64,000 nt of DNA from Octopus bimaculoides (taxonomy: Eukaryota). Every line of letters starts with the position of its first letter. Positions within the stretch are counted from its first letter, which is position 1. A program made the translations under genes and the position numbers. Shown one piece after another: positions 1-12,281 of the stretch. The stretch is from the NCBI RefSeq assembly GCF_001194135.2, contig NC_068999.1:4168644-4232643 (forward strand), written 5' to 3'. Below the pieces are notes generated by a model, which saw only the letters and a program-made list of their open reading frames with translations, ran no database searches and was not told the DNA's origin.

Positions 1-3000
1 TAAAGCATCAAGTGCGGATATTATCATATCTTGTGATTATTTGATAGTTTGTGATTACATTGGTAATTAACGAAGCATGACCATTAACTAATCAAAAATA
101 TAGTGGTTAATAGATGAAAATTGGAACAGCAGCAGATACACAAGACGTTTATTTTACTGCAAAATTATGGCCTTCTTTCATGCTTCAGAATTTGTCTTGG
201 TAACGGTGAGGATGTCAAGTTATTTAAAAACTCTGTATCTTACCAATGGATACCATTGGAGATGTACCACAAGAATTAGTTGCCAGATTTTGTCAATGTG
301 AATAGAAACATTTTCTTCAAGACGAGCTATATTTTCTACAAGACAACAAACTTGTTTATTATTGGCGAATGTGACGGTAACAACGACTGAGGAAGAACTA
401 TGGTCATGGCATATCTGCATGGTATTTATATCTTTTCTTTTACTTGTTTCAAACGTTAGACTGCTGCTGCGAAGGCTTTCGTAAAACAAATTGATCCCAA
501 TATAATTTTATCTCTTTTTATCGAACCGTTAAGCTACGGGGACGTAAGCAAACCAATACCAGTTTTCAAGTGGTGGAGGTGGGGACATTCACAGACTCAA
601 CATATTTAGATACACGCTCATATAGACGACAGGCTTCTTTCAGTTTCCTTCTAGCAAATCCACTCACAAGGCTTTGGTCAGCCTGGGGCTATAAAAGAAG
701 ATACTTGGTCAAAGAGCTACACAATGGAACTGTTATGTTTAACACCATGTAGTTTAGAAGCAAGCTTCTTACCTACACAGCCACACTTACATCTGTTTTA
801 TTGAAACTCTTAAATCGATGGAGTCATTGACACCTTTTCGATTGATGAGAATACATTGAACAATTATTATTAAGAGTTTTTAGATTTGTTTATCATTTGT
901 GAAAAAAAAAAAAAAGGATTAGTAAAACTTTGACTTTTTGCCTATGAAAAGACTTCCACATTTTGACCTGGAAAACCTGCTTTACACGCAATATTCTTAT
1001 GGGGTCATTGGAGTGAAGAAGTGTCGAAAAGTTCGTTTGATGCAAAAACTGAAATATCTATAGGATAGTAAATTCTCAAGTTCATCCCAAAACAAAATCT
1101 CAAAGAAGTGTTATGCTGAAGAAGAAAAAAAACGTGGGAACAATGGTGAAAACTGCAGTGTTAGCGTCCAGGCTGTCTATGCAGCTCTACAGAGGAAGTA
1201 TAAAAGGTAATTATAGGAACCATCTTGATGCTGAACGAAGGAGAGACGAGATTTATGTTGAATGTTTAGTATTGCAGCAATTCCTGTATTTAAACCTCCC
1301 TTGAAATATATTTAACATGTGAGGAAACAGATAAGAGGACAAATCGAGGACAGGAGGGCTATATTGGTTGTGGGGGTACCTTTGTTTTAGTATTAAGTGG
1401 GACGTGGTGGCCAATTGAAAAAGGGAATAAGTTCCTGTGCGGGGGNNNNNNNNNNNNNNNGGGGGGGGGGGGATGAATAATATATTTTTTAATTTTACAA
1501 ATTCATTAAAGTGTCATTATGCTTTAATTAACGAGGTAGTAGTTATATTACCCTTAAGGTAATTTATCTGGATTTTCCTAGTTTGGTCTTGGTTTCATTT
1601 CAAATTTCAGTGTTGGCGACAATTCCTCCCTCTTTCTATATACCATGTTTCACCAGCTAGAAATGGCAACTAAATGACTCTCAAATCCCGTTTTATTGTC
1701 TTAAAAAATTAAGAATGTGGAGAATGTCGTCCTAGGTAAACGATGTCTCGCGAAGGTAAAAAAAAAATACGCACACCCGGTGGGAAACGGGTGGTGTGCG
1801 TATTCTTTACTTCCGCCACCATGTCTACGGAAAAGACTGGATGGTCACCACTGGCATGTCTTTAACTCGGTGATTGAAATAAGTTTCAAAAATTAGATGC
1901 ACGTTAAGTCATAGGGGTGGTTGCTTGTCCAAAGTATCTCGCAATTGTATCAAATCCGGAACCACGTGGTTGTGTAGTCACTATCCCACGTGCACCCAAA
2001 CCTACATGTGCTGTTCAAAGACATTGGCAACAGCAACATTGGTCTCTACGATATTTAGACGTATGGAATTACTGCTTGTATGAAGACAGCCGACCATATT
2101 ATGGAATTTGTAAACTACAGACTTCAGGTAAGATTGCGTGTGAATATTTTTCTATAAATATTAAAACATTATTGCATTTGGACCGAGGTTTTTTTCATTC
2201 GCAGAATGTCCACTCCCCAATTTAGTTTCTTCATAACCGTCTGAAAAATGAATATTTTTTAATGAAATTTTCTACAAGTACGTTTCAGAACGTGTAGATT
2301 AACATTATACAGAAATTTTGGTGTGAATTTTTTTTTTTTTTTGGAGTAGGATAAGAGGCGTTTCCGATAATCCACACATCTCGACTATGTCTAACTTGAA
2401 TTTTCAAAGTAATTTGACTTATTTTTCTTTAATTGCATGGTGCAAAAATTTATAGGGAACAGAGCCACTCCAACAGATCGTGAATGAACTATAGAGAATA
2501 TTTTGAGCTTCATTAATTTCATATCGTGCCATTTTTTCCCCTGGTTCTCTTTTAGTCGATCTAGATATTTTAAATTTTTTGTTGCATTTTCTTCCGAAGA
2601 AGTGAAAGGGTCAAATTTACCTTATTTTGGCTTACTCATTTTGCCCCAGCCAAATTTGTCTTTTACGTGTCCAAATGGAATGGTGATAATTTTCTGAAAT
2701 AGAATACTGTAGTTCGCTTGAAGCATTGTGTAGTATTGTTTGTAAAGAATAAAATGTCTTGAATGACAATGGACTGTAATAACTGTTGTAATTTAATCGT
2801 CCATAGTCTGAATAAACTGTTCTGTTGTTGCCGTTATCCCTCGTGTTGTATTTCTGGATTTTAATGATTAATATAGGAACTGGGGAGAGACGGCCGAGCC
2901 GTCATATCTCATCCAATTCTTATACCTTCTTCAGATATCCCTAGGAATTGATGGAGTCGCTGCCATAATCGGTTTTCCATCGGCTTTTCTTTGTTTTTTT

Positions 3001-3094
3001 CGGAGCGTGGTCCCATGAATAGTGTTCTGAATATGTTATAGGGGTTTTTAATGCATTTAGTGAAAGTCATTTGCTTAGCTGATGTGGTTTTTGT

Positions 3095-3473
3095 TACTCT
3101 TTTACTTGTTTCAGTCATTTGACTGCGGCCATGCTGGAGCACCGCCTTTAGTCGAGCAAATCGACCCCAGGACTTATTCTTTGGAAGCCTAGTACTTATT
3201 CTATCGGTCTCTTTTGCCGAACCGCTAAGTGACGGGGACATAAATACACCAGCATCGGTCGCCAAGCGATGTTGGGGGGGATAAACACAAACACACACAT
3301 ATATATATACATATATACGACGGGCTTCTTTCAGTTTCCGTCTACCAAATCCACTCACAAGGCTTTGGTCGGCCCGAGGCTATAGTAGAAGACACTTGCT
3401 CAAGATGCCACGCAGTGAGACTGAACCCGAAACCATGTGGTTGGGATGCAAGCTACTTACCACACAGCCACGC

Positions 3474-3474
<1 letters not shown>
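3095..3474 (-). mobile_element. tRNA-derived SINE family A (near full length, internal AC/AT microsatellite)
   Basis: Minus head TGGCTGTGTGG...GGTTCAGTC (A/B boxes), CORE-like GCATCTTGAGCAAGTG, tail ...GCTCCAGCATGGCCGCAGTCAAATGACTGAAACAAGTAAAAGAGT. Further copies near 440-787, 4865-5043, 8650-8927, 11640-11830, 24985-25163, 26070-26225, 26965-27320, 31975-32368, 36440-36600, 42970-43040, 48003-48358, 53358-53498, 62390-62685 (minus) and 7534-7880, 9940-10130, 48760-48950, 57900-57970 (plus); boundaries approximate. Confidence 0.9.
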
Positions 3475-3555
<81 letters not shown>

Positions 3556-4852
3556 GAGTCAATTCGAGGATGTTAGATCCACCAAAGATGGTAAATTCCT
3601 GCCATATATTAGCACTCAACAATATAATTATAGAAAGTTAATGAGAAATTAATTTTTCTGTCGTTTAAGAAGTATTTGTGGTGCTTCATATTGCACACGT
3701 TGTCATATGATTATATGGTCCTAGTTGGATGGCAGGATATTGAGAGGGAGGAAAGTGTGACATTTTTCAGATCTCATTTATTAATGGTTTTTATATTCCT
3801 TTCTAAGGAATATACCTTTTTTTTTATTTTTTTTTATTCTGCACTCTCTTGTAACAAGTTTCTTAATTAGTCAACCATTCAAATTCATTCACTCCATTCC
3901 TCTCTGATTTTCGAACATGTAACGATCAACCTGGATAGTAAAATGTTCTAGAAATATGTATGCTTGAAACAGAGGCCTCACTCTCCAGGTGGCCCTCTTC
4001 ACAGTCGCTGTATGGGACAGATTACAGGTGATCCCAGCAAACGCACAGCACTTATTGTCTAATGTTATGCTGGAAATTCACATGCTTTGTCTTCTCTGCT
4101 ACTGACACCAAATTCCATAACGTCTCTTGAATTTAGTTTCGCAATGCCACCTTATGCGTTTCTATGTCCCCCCCCCCTCATCTTAAAGTTGTTACTGATT
4201 TACTTTGCAAACATGACAACCTCTTTCTACTGCACCAGCTTTCATTGTTTTTCCAGTTCTTCTTTAATAATTGCCTTATCCCNNNNNNNNNNNNNNNNNN
4301 NNNNNNNNNNNNNNNNNNNNNNNNNNNNNNNNNNNNNNNNNNNNNNNNNNNNNNNNNNNNNNNNNNNNNNNNNNNNNNNNNNNNNNNNNNNNNNNNNNNN
4401 NNNNNNNNNNNNNNNNNNNNNNNNNNNNNNNNNNNNNNNNNNNNNNNNNNNNNNNNNNNNNNNNNNNNNNNNNNNNNNNNNNNNNNNNNNNNNNNNNNNN
4501 NNNNNNNNNNNNNNNNNNNNNNNNNNNNNNNNNNNNNNNNNNNNNNNNNNNNNNNNNNNNNNNNNNNNNNNNNNNNNNNNNNNNNNNNNNNNNNNNNNNN
4601 NNNNNNNNNNNNNNNNNNNNNNNNNNNNNNNNNNNNNNNNNNNNNNNNNNNNNNNNNNNNNNNNNNNNNNNNNNNNNNNNNNNNNNNNNNNNNNNNNNNN
4701 NNNNNNNNNNNNNNNNNNNNNNNNNNNNNNNNNNNNNNNNNNNNNNNNNNNNNNNNNNNNNNNNNNNNNNNNNNNNNNNNNNNNNNNNNNNNNNNNNNNN
4801 NNNNNNNNNNNNNNNNNNNNNNNNNNNNNNNNNNNNNNNNNNNNACGCATAC

Positions 4853-4883
<31 letters not shown>

Positions 4884-6009
4884 TACGACGGGCTTCTTTC
4901 AGTTTCTGCCTACCAAATCCACTCGCAAAGCTTTGGTCGGCCCGAAGCTATAGTAGAAGACACTTGCCCAAGGTGCCACGCAGTAGGACTGAACCCGGAA
5001 CCATGTGGTTGGTAAGCAAGCTACTTACCACACAGCCACTCCTACACCTATGCATGCATATATTATGAATTTGAAATATGACCGTTTCCTTGCGTATTTA
5101 TTTATATGCTAAGGAGCAAATAGATTTATATACGCATGTTGTGTGCGTAGACCTCTACTTGTTTCTACTGTTATGTTACAGTATTTTGTTCAGATGTAAA
5201 TGTGTCTGTTTGTCTACGTAAGCAATGTTTTATTTTCTCTTACATCAATTAGTGAATATAGATTTCAAAAATCTCCACATGTGGTAGCAAATGGTTGTCA
5301 AATGAATTCTCTCAGACCTAAAATCTTCAAAATGTTTGTAATATATATATATGTGTGTGTGTGTGTACACACATCCAAATGTTTTTAAGTCTGTTTAATT
5401 CAAGTTCTTTGCTATGAAGCTGTAGGCTCTCATTATTATTATTATTATACAGTGATGTCTTCAGACTCCTAATTTTGATTGTTATAGTCATGACATTATG
5501 GCCACTGTATCTTCTGGCCTTTAGAGACTGTTCTCATCCTTTGTACTTACCTGGAATATTCTCCTACTTGTGATGTCACTTACTCAACTTGAACCAATAT
5601 ATATATGTGTGTGTGTGTGTATATACACCATGCTACCTGTATAAAGAAGAGTAGTATATGACTTGTCCACATTCAGTACCCCCCCCCCCCCCCGACTTTG
5701 CCAGCCATCATTCTGTCCTTACTGTTGCCTATAATTATTGCTATCTTTCATCCTCTTCCTCTCACTTTCTGTTGGCAGACATTGCTCGCTCTCTCACTTG
5801 TATTAGTCCCTCCCCCATCAGCCTGTCCTCCAATTACAACAATCTTTTTCTCAACCACCACCAAGTAGCAACCTATCACTGTCTCTCTCCCACTCCTCCC
5901 TTTTGCTGAGTTTCTCCAGGAATTTATGTATTTGGTCGCATTTTTCTTGACTGTATGGAGACAATATAGAGAGGACTCATTACTTTTGCATGATACTAAA
6001 TAACCTCAC

Positions 6010-6390
6010 TGGTGCCATGATAAAATGCACCATCTGCTATGAAATTCCTGCATACCAACCAGGGCCATTTTCCTGAAAGGAGTAGAGTCCTGTCTGTTTT
6101 CCTGCTTGCAAGAACTTCGGTCTTTGCTATGCTAACTTTGAGGCCCTTAATTCCAGGGTTTGCTTTCATACCTGGAATTTCTTTTCTAATTCTATTACAG
6201 ATTCTGCTCTGAGAACAAGATCGTCTGTATCCCAGGGGCAATTAGTCTTAAAATCCTCTTTTATGATGAATTGGAGGGGACTGAGAACTAAGCCTTACTG
6301 AGCTCACGCCTGTATCTGTTGCCGACTCTCATCTCACTGATAGTACCCTTGTACAGCTCTCACCAGCCGTTCATCTCTAGCCAACTTCCC
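6010..6390 (-). mobile_element. Degenerate RTE-clade LINE reverse transcriptase fragment
   Basis: Frameshifted translation gives ..EWLVRAVQ.., GSVLSPL, CPW...TDDLVL.AESVIELEKKFQV, KGLKVSIAKTEVL..SGKWPW: RT domain around the YADD motif. Confidence 0.8.
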
Positions 6391-6709
6391 CAGAGACCCA
6401 GATTCATAAATACCAAACGAATGGTTTACTTTTAGCTAAATATTTCTCCAGCAATTGTCTTACTGTCAGTTGTTCTTCTTCTTTCTGGCACAAAACCAAA
6501 CAGCATCTGAATTATCTTAATTAAGTGACATTGTTTTCCGCAACTGTCATCACAGGGTCCAGCAATTTGATAACTCAGTAATTACTTTACTCCAAGGCAT
6601 CCCCTTTAGCCTTGTAGCATAACTATAATGTTACTACACCAGTCATCGGGTATGACTCCTTCTTGGACAACCTGATTTACTATACAGGTGACTAGGCTGT
6701 ATTCTATTC

Positions 6710-7064
6710 TTTACATTTGATGGATATTTGTCCTTCAAAACAAGATGAGGACAAATATCCGTCAAATGTAAATAATTCCCTATCTCTTAAATATAGAACT
6801 GTATTATCTAATTGGTACGGAGCCGACATTAGACTTCAATGGAGACATATAGAGAAACTCCATCAAAAATTAGCTCGTCTTTCAAACCATCTAACTTTCC
6901 TGTGCAGATGTAGAGATTCAAAGCTAATATCACCTGGCTTGGATATAATGACACCAGTGGATTCATAGAAAGCTCAAAGAGTGGTGGAAAAGGCAGGACA
7001 AACAAGATGAGGACAAATATCTATCAAATGTAAATAATTCCTCATCTCTTAAATATAGAACTGT
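6710..7064 (+). mobile_element. Internally deleted Penelope-like element (inverted terminal fragment + terminal repeat + ORF N-terminus + terminal repeat)
   Basis: 65-bp direct repeats at 6738-6802 and 7000-7064; 25-bp inverted copy at 6710-6734; intervening frame RHIEKLHQKLARLSNHLTFLCRCRDSKLISPGLDIMTPVDS*KAQRVVEKA resembles the conserved N-terminal segment of Penelope-type ORFs (from memory of the family). Confidence 0.75.
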
Positions 7065-7104
7065 GTATTCTATTCTGTCAAATATTTTAAGCAACTTGAT
7101 AGTT

Positions 7105-7470
7105 TGATGAACCAAGATCTTTCCCTACTGTCATATCCTTAATTGCTTTGTTTATCATATTTCTGTCAGCTAGGGTAGCTGGCCCTTCTCTTGCATCCAT
7201 GTTGGGAAGACCCTCTTTCTCCCATGCACTTTCCACTTTTAATAGCCTTTCATACCTCTTTCTTTTCAGAATCAATAACTGCAAACGTACCCTCATCCAT
7301 CTATATACACTTCTCATTCGCACCATCTTGATTTTCTGGTGCAGTCTTGTTTCCTGGAATATTTCCTGCCTCTCATCCTCGTTTTCTACAACATTGGTAA
7401 ACCTCTTCCTTTTTTTTTTTGTTTTTTTGCAATGTTTAACCTCTTTACCTCTGTCCACTTCACTGGATTG
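7105..7470 (-). mobile_element. Degenerate RTE-clade LINE fragment upstream of RT
   Basis: YERLLKVESAWEKEGLPNMDAREGPA...INKAIKDMTVGKDLGSS resembles the RTE segment preceding the RT (KAIK.MK.GKAPGP). Confidence 0.7.
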
Positions 7471-7533
7471 TTAGAGATCATTACTTTGTGATAACGAAGT
7501 TGATTGAATAATTGGTTGAAACTAAAGTTGACG

Positions 7534-7880
7534 AAGGAATGGCAGTGTGGTTAAGGAGCCCACTTTACAACCACATGCTTTCTGGTTCAGTCCCACTGTG
7601 TGGCACCTTGGGTAAATGTCTTCTATACCCTCAGACCAACCAAAGTCCTATGAGTGGACTTGGTAGGCAGAAACTGAATGAAAGCCCATCGTGTGTGTTT
7701 GCTCCCCACCATACACTTGACAACTGTTGTTGTTTTGGTTACAACCCTGTGCAACTTAGTGGTTTGGCAAGAGAGACCAATAGAATAAGTACCAGACTTG
7801 ACAAAAAAAATTTTTTTTAAAGTACTGGGGTCAATTTATTTGACCAAAACCTTTCGAGGAGGTGCCCCAGCATGGTCGCA
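7534..7880 (+). mobile_element. SINE family A copy (degenerate, plus strand)
   Basis: TGGCAGTGTGGTT...GGTTCAGTCCC head, body and tail homologous to 3095-3474. Confidence 0.85.
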
Positions 7881-9484
7881 CAAAAGATAAGGCATTATTT
7901 TCATTATTAGCGACATCACTGAATGACGTCTTGAGTGAAATCAAAAACTGGTGTCCAAATTTCCAAGTTAAGGGATTGATAATACATGTGGGGGGTGGTG
8001 GTGAAATACGAGACATGGGGGATAGAAAGAGGAAGGGGAGGAATTTCCAATGGGTGTGGGGAATTGCGTGTGTGTGTGTGTGCTGTAATAGGTTTGTTAA
8101 TGTATTTATATATGCGTAGTTATATAGACTAATTTGTATCTACATAGATTTAAGTACATTAGTAGACATACATGGGAATGTTTAAACACGTATAAACACA
8201 TGCAAGCCTATTATATATATAAACGCAAACACTCACACACATAAACAGCCATCCTCTGTAGCACTCCCTAGTATACCAACATGTTACTCACAACCCATAC
8301 ACACACACTCCTCACACATGCAATGGCCATTTTTGCACTCTCCTACCTTCCAAATCCACATTCTCTGTCTCTTTCTAACTTCCAGTCAATTAATTTCTCA
8401 GTCATGTAACAACAAACCTGCTTTTCTCTGGACCCTCTGCTCGTTTCTCTCTGAACTTCCTCCGCTTTCCTACGAAGAACCATGCTTGAAATGTTGTTTC
8501 TAATCCTATTTTGCCATCTGAAACATTCAGTGGGTGTTGATCTAATATACAGAGGTTTAAGTGTATACAACTGGGGATTATACTGACCACATGTAGATAA
8601 AGGTACGAGTTAGTTACCACATGCATTTATGCACAGGAAACCTACAGGGACTAGTACTTATTCTATCGGTCTCTTTTGTCGAACCGCTAAGTTACGGAGA
8701 CGTAAACACACCAGCATTGGTTGTCAAGCGATGTTGGGGGGGGGGGACAAACACACACACATACATATATACGATGGGCTTCTTTCAGTTTCCGTCTACC
8801 AAATCCACTCACAGGGCTTTGGTCGGCCCGAGGCTATAGTAGAAGACACTTGCCCAAGGTGCCACGCAGCGGGACTGAACCCGGAACCATGTGGTTGGTA
8901 AGCAAGCTACTTACCACACAGCCACTCGTATCATCATTTTGTGGCACATAGATGTTTAGAGGCTGGGTTGGCTANNNNNNNNNNNNNNNNNNNNNNNNNN
9001 NNNNNNNNNNNNNNNNNNNNNNNNNNNNNNNNNNNNNNNNNNNNNNNNNNNNNNNNNNNNNNNNNNNNNNNNNNNNNNNNNNNNNNNNNNNNNNNNNNNN
9101 NNNNNNNNNNNNNNNNNNNNNNNNNNNNNNNNNNNNNNNNNNNNNNNNNNNNNNNNNNNNNNNNNNNNNNNNNAGATTTAGATTAAGAATGTTTGGTTTG
9201 CTGAAGAGGATTGCTCTCTTCAATGAAAAGAGAACAGAATTTAGAGATAGGCTGTTCAACCTTCTGTTAATGATTGTAAATGTGAGCAGATATTGGTAGA
9301 GGTAACTGTTTGAATTCTTTCTGACATGGCCTCAATGAATTATCCATTAGAAGCGCGTGTGTTGATATTGGCAAAAGATATTCAGTTTTTGTGGAAGTAT
9401 TTCTTGTAGAGGGGACATTTAAGAGGGGTCCCTGAAGTTGGCGGGTTTATGTAGTGTGGGGAAGGTTGTTGTAAGATAAACCTT

Positions 9485-9683
9485 GGCAGAAACGTTAGCA
9501 CGCCGGGCGAAATGCTTAGCTGTTACGTTCTGAGTTCAAATTCCGCCAAGGTCGACTTTGCCTTCCATCCTTTCGGGGGTCTATAAATTAAGTACCAGTT
9601 ATGCACTGGGGTCGATGTAATCGACTTAATCCCTTTGTCTGTCCCCTCTATGTTTAGCCCCTCGTGGGCAATAAAGAAATAAG
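9485..9683 (+). mobile_element. tRNA-derived SINE family B with Deu/Nin-like central domain
   Basis: GGCAGAAACGTTAGC...GAGTTCAAATTCC head, GCCTTCCATCCTTTCGGGG..TAAATTAAGTACCAG central motif resembling the Deu/Nin SINE domain (from memory), AATAAAGAAATAAG tail. Degenerate copies near 15500-15630, 20940-21130, 30800-30960, 37000-37320, 45820-45900, 48560-48660, 52480-52690, 54500-54715. Confidence 0.8.
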
Positions 9684-10730
9684 AGTTGAGGAGCTGGAGA
9701 TCTTGATAGAATTAATGTTGGAAATGGGGAGAGATGTGTCTTGGGTGTGGTGAGATGAAAACTATATGGTGGATTATACCAGGTTTACACTCACATTCTC
9801 ATTCACTTCAATATAATATATAGACAGAGAGAGACACGCACCACTAAACTTTCTATTTGCAACCAATCTTTACCAACCTATTGAGTTTTCTCTTTCTTGG
9901 ATGTAGTTGGATAAAATACACATGGCTATATGATTAAGTTCACTTCCAAACATTTGTTTTTTCTACTATTCATCTGGGTTGACAAAAGCCTTAAGAGTGG
10001 AATTTGTATGTAGATGGAAACTGAAAAAAAGCCTATAAGCCTATCCATGTGTGTCTTGTCTTGATATTGTGCGGTAGTTGTAAACGAATGTCACCCTTTA
10101 TTTCTCATCTTCACTGATAACATGTCTGACATTGGCTGCTCACGGGGGAAGAACATCTGGCCATAGAAAATCTACCTCAATGAATTCCATCCGACCCATG
10201 CAAACATGGAAAAGTGGAGGTTAAACTGATGATAATAACATATAGACATATGTATGTATATTTACATACAAGCAAAATATATATGAATGAATGGTTGTTT
10301 GTGTTTAACTCATGTCTGTCTGTGTGTGCATGTGCATATATATAAAAACCCTGCTAACGACTAAATGGTAAGCAGGTGCAACAGAACTCTTCAATGTTAT
10401 TCCTGATAACCTTGGAGAAGTCCAACAACAAACGGCATCAGCTAATCTCAAAAATACAGAGCTTTAATTCATTAAGTCACTTGTACGCAATTTACATAGA
10501 ATATATATTATATATATATTTTTTTTATATAGATTTGTGTATTTTCGTCTTTATAATTATTCTTTTTAAAATCTTTATTATTAATAATAATAATAATTAT
10601 AATAATAATAATAGTAATATTTTCATATTGGATTTGATTTCATATATTTTTTTTTTTTCTTCTTTTTGCTTCCTTTTTCTTTTTTGTAATTTTTTTAAAT
10701 CTTTTTTTTTTCTTTTTTTTTCAATATACA

Positions 10731-10802
10731 TTATATGACAATTTGTTTGCCGGAAGTCAGTGTGGGTGGTGGTGTGTGAGTAGGGGGTGGGACTGGCTTT
10801 AC
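10731..10802 (-). CDS. FNDC3: Probable FNDC3 C-terminal end (VKPVPPPTHTPPPTLTSGKQIVI*)
   Basis: Coding-like, Pro-rich frame emerging from the gap and ending at TAA (10731-10733), followed by very A/T-rich 3'UTR-like sequence; linkage across the gap is inferred. Confidence 0.55.
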   Translation of the reverse strand, partial: VKPVPPPTHTPPPTLTSGKQIVI

Positions 10803-11442
10803 NNNNNNNNNNNNNNNNNNNNNNNNNNNNNNNNNNNNNNNNNNNNNNNNNNNNNNNNNNNNNNNNNNNNNNNNNNNNNNNNNNNNNNNNNNNNNNNNNN
10901 NNNNNNNNNNNNNNNNNNNNNNNNNNNNNNNNNNNNNNNNNNNNNNNNNNNNNNNNNNNNNNNNNNNNNNNNNNNNNNNNNNNNNNNNNNNNNNNNNNNN
11001 NNNNNNNNNNNNNNNNNNNNNNNNNNNNNNNNNNNNNNNNNNNNNNNNNNNNNNNNNNNNNNNNNNNNNNNNNNNNNNNNNNNNNNNNNNNNNNNNNNNN
11101 NNNNNNNNNNNNNNNNNNNNNNNNNNNNNNNNNNNNNNNNNNNNNNNNNNNNNNNNNNNNNNNNNNNNNNNNNNNNNNNNNNNNNNNNNNNNNNNNNNNN
11201 NNNNNNNNNNNNNNNNNNNNNNNNNNNNNNNNNNNNNNNNNNNNNNNNNNNNNNNNNNNNNNNNNNNNNNNNNNNNNNNNNNNNNNNNNNNNNNNNNNNN
11301 NNNNNNNNNNNNNNNNNNNNNNNNNNNNNNNNNNNNNNNNNNNNNNNNNNNNNNNNNNNNNNNNNNNNNNNNNNNNNNNNNNNNNNNNNNNNNNNNNNNN
11401 NNNNNNNNNNNNNNNNNNNNNNNNNNNNNNNNNNNNNNNNNN
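10803..11442. other. Assembly gap interrupting the last FNDC3 coding exon(s)
   Basis: 640 N. Other gaps: 1446-1460, 4283-4844, 8975-9173, 12393-12842, 45074-45424, 46936-47524, 52820-53184. Confidence 0.99.
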
Positions 11443-11486
11443 GTAAGGTTCTGTACATTAAAACTAGTTTCGGTGCCTCGGTAAAC
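11443..11486 (-). CDS. FNDC3: FNDC3 exon start, FN3-9 (VYRGTETSFNVQNL...), truncated by assembly gap
   Basis: ccttgcag acceptor in phase 0; matches the FNDC3 IYKG...F..L segment; runs into N-gap 10803-11442. Confidence 0.9.
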
Positions 11487-12039
11487 CTGCAAGGAGAAAA
11501 CAGAATGTCACAGAGAAGGGAAGGAGAGTTAGTTAGTTATTACTGTTCTTATTTTATTATATTAATTCATGTCCATTGTCCAAAAATTTTTCGTCACACA
11601 TCTGTGACCTCTTCAGCAACACTTTTCGTTTTCATATATATACTCTTTTACTCGTTTCAGTCATTTGACTGTGGCCATGCTGGAGCACCGCCTTTAGTTG
11701 AGCAAATTGACCCCAGGACTTATTCTTTGTATCAGTTTCTTTTGCCGAACCGCTAAGTTACAGGGACGTAAACACACCAGCATCAGTTGTCTAGCAATGT
11801 TGGGGGGACAAACACAGACACACAATAAAACACATACAGGTAGAACACTGTTGATGTAGTTGACAAGTCCCCCTCCCCCATGTTTCAGGCATTCTACCTG
11901 TAGTTGAAAAAAAAAATTATATATTATAATCGTTAAAATTTCATATTTATAATAACACTTCTTCAGTTCAAGTGTCGTGGGGCATGGTACTACCACACTC
12001 CAGATGTCAAGAATATAATGCCAAAGCTAATATTCTTAC

Positions 12040-12173
12040 CGATTTGTATTCATGTTCTCCTCTACTGATACACAGAATCTGTAATTGGTAAATGACACTA
12101 TCGGCACCCATAGACTTGCAGCCTTGCCATTCCACCTGACAGCTGTTTACTGTGATTTCACTGACTTTTGGGG
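12040..12173 (-). CDS. FNDC3: FNDC3 exon, FN3-9 (APKVSEITVNSCQVEWQGCKSMGADSVIYQLQILCISRGEHEYKS)
   Basis: ttattttcag acceptor, GTAAGA donor, 134 nt, phase 1 to 0. Confidence 0.95.
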
Positions 12174-12237
12174 CTGAAAAATAAATAAATAAATAAGACA
12201 TAGGGGTCATAGCACAGTATAGTTTGTACATGTATGT

Positions 12238-12281
<44 letters not shown>

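Noticed and set aside
220-489. 89-aa ORF at the left edge and 63-aa ORF at 1113-1304
   Set aside because: No homology recognised and no consistent exon chain.
1766-1804. Hairpin followed by poly-T on the minus strand, resembling an intrinsic terminator or Helitron end
   Set aside because: Eukaryotic context; spacing to the nearest CTAG (about 30 nt) is atypical for a Helitron 3' end.
4087-5068. Long ORFs of 190-340 aa in the ORF track (also 10743-11756, 12300-12908, 44976-45654, 46693-47576, 52637-53251)
   Set aside because: They consist mostly of X from N-gaps plus microsatellite translations; only the 10731-11492 frame has real coding ends.
9174-9480. Possible additional retroelement ORF fragment interrupted by the family B SINE
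   Set aside because: No diagnostic motif recognised in any frame.
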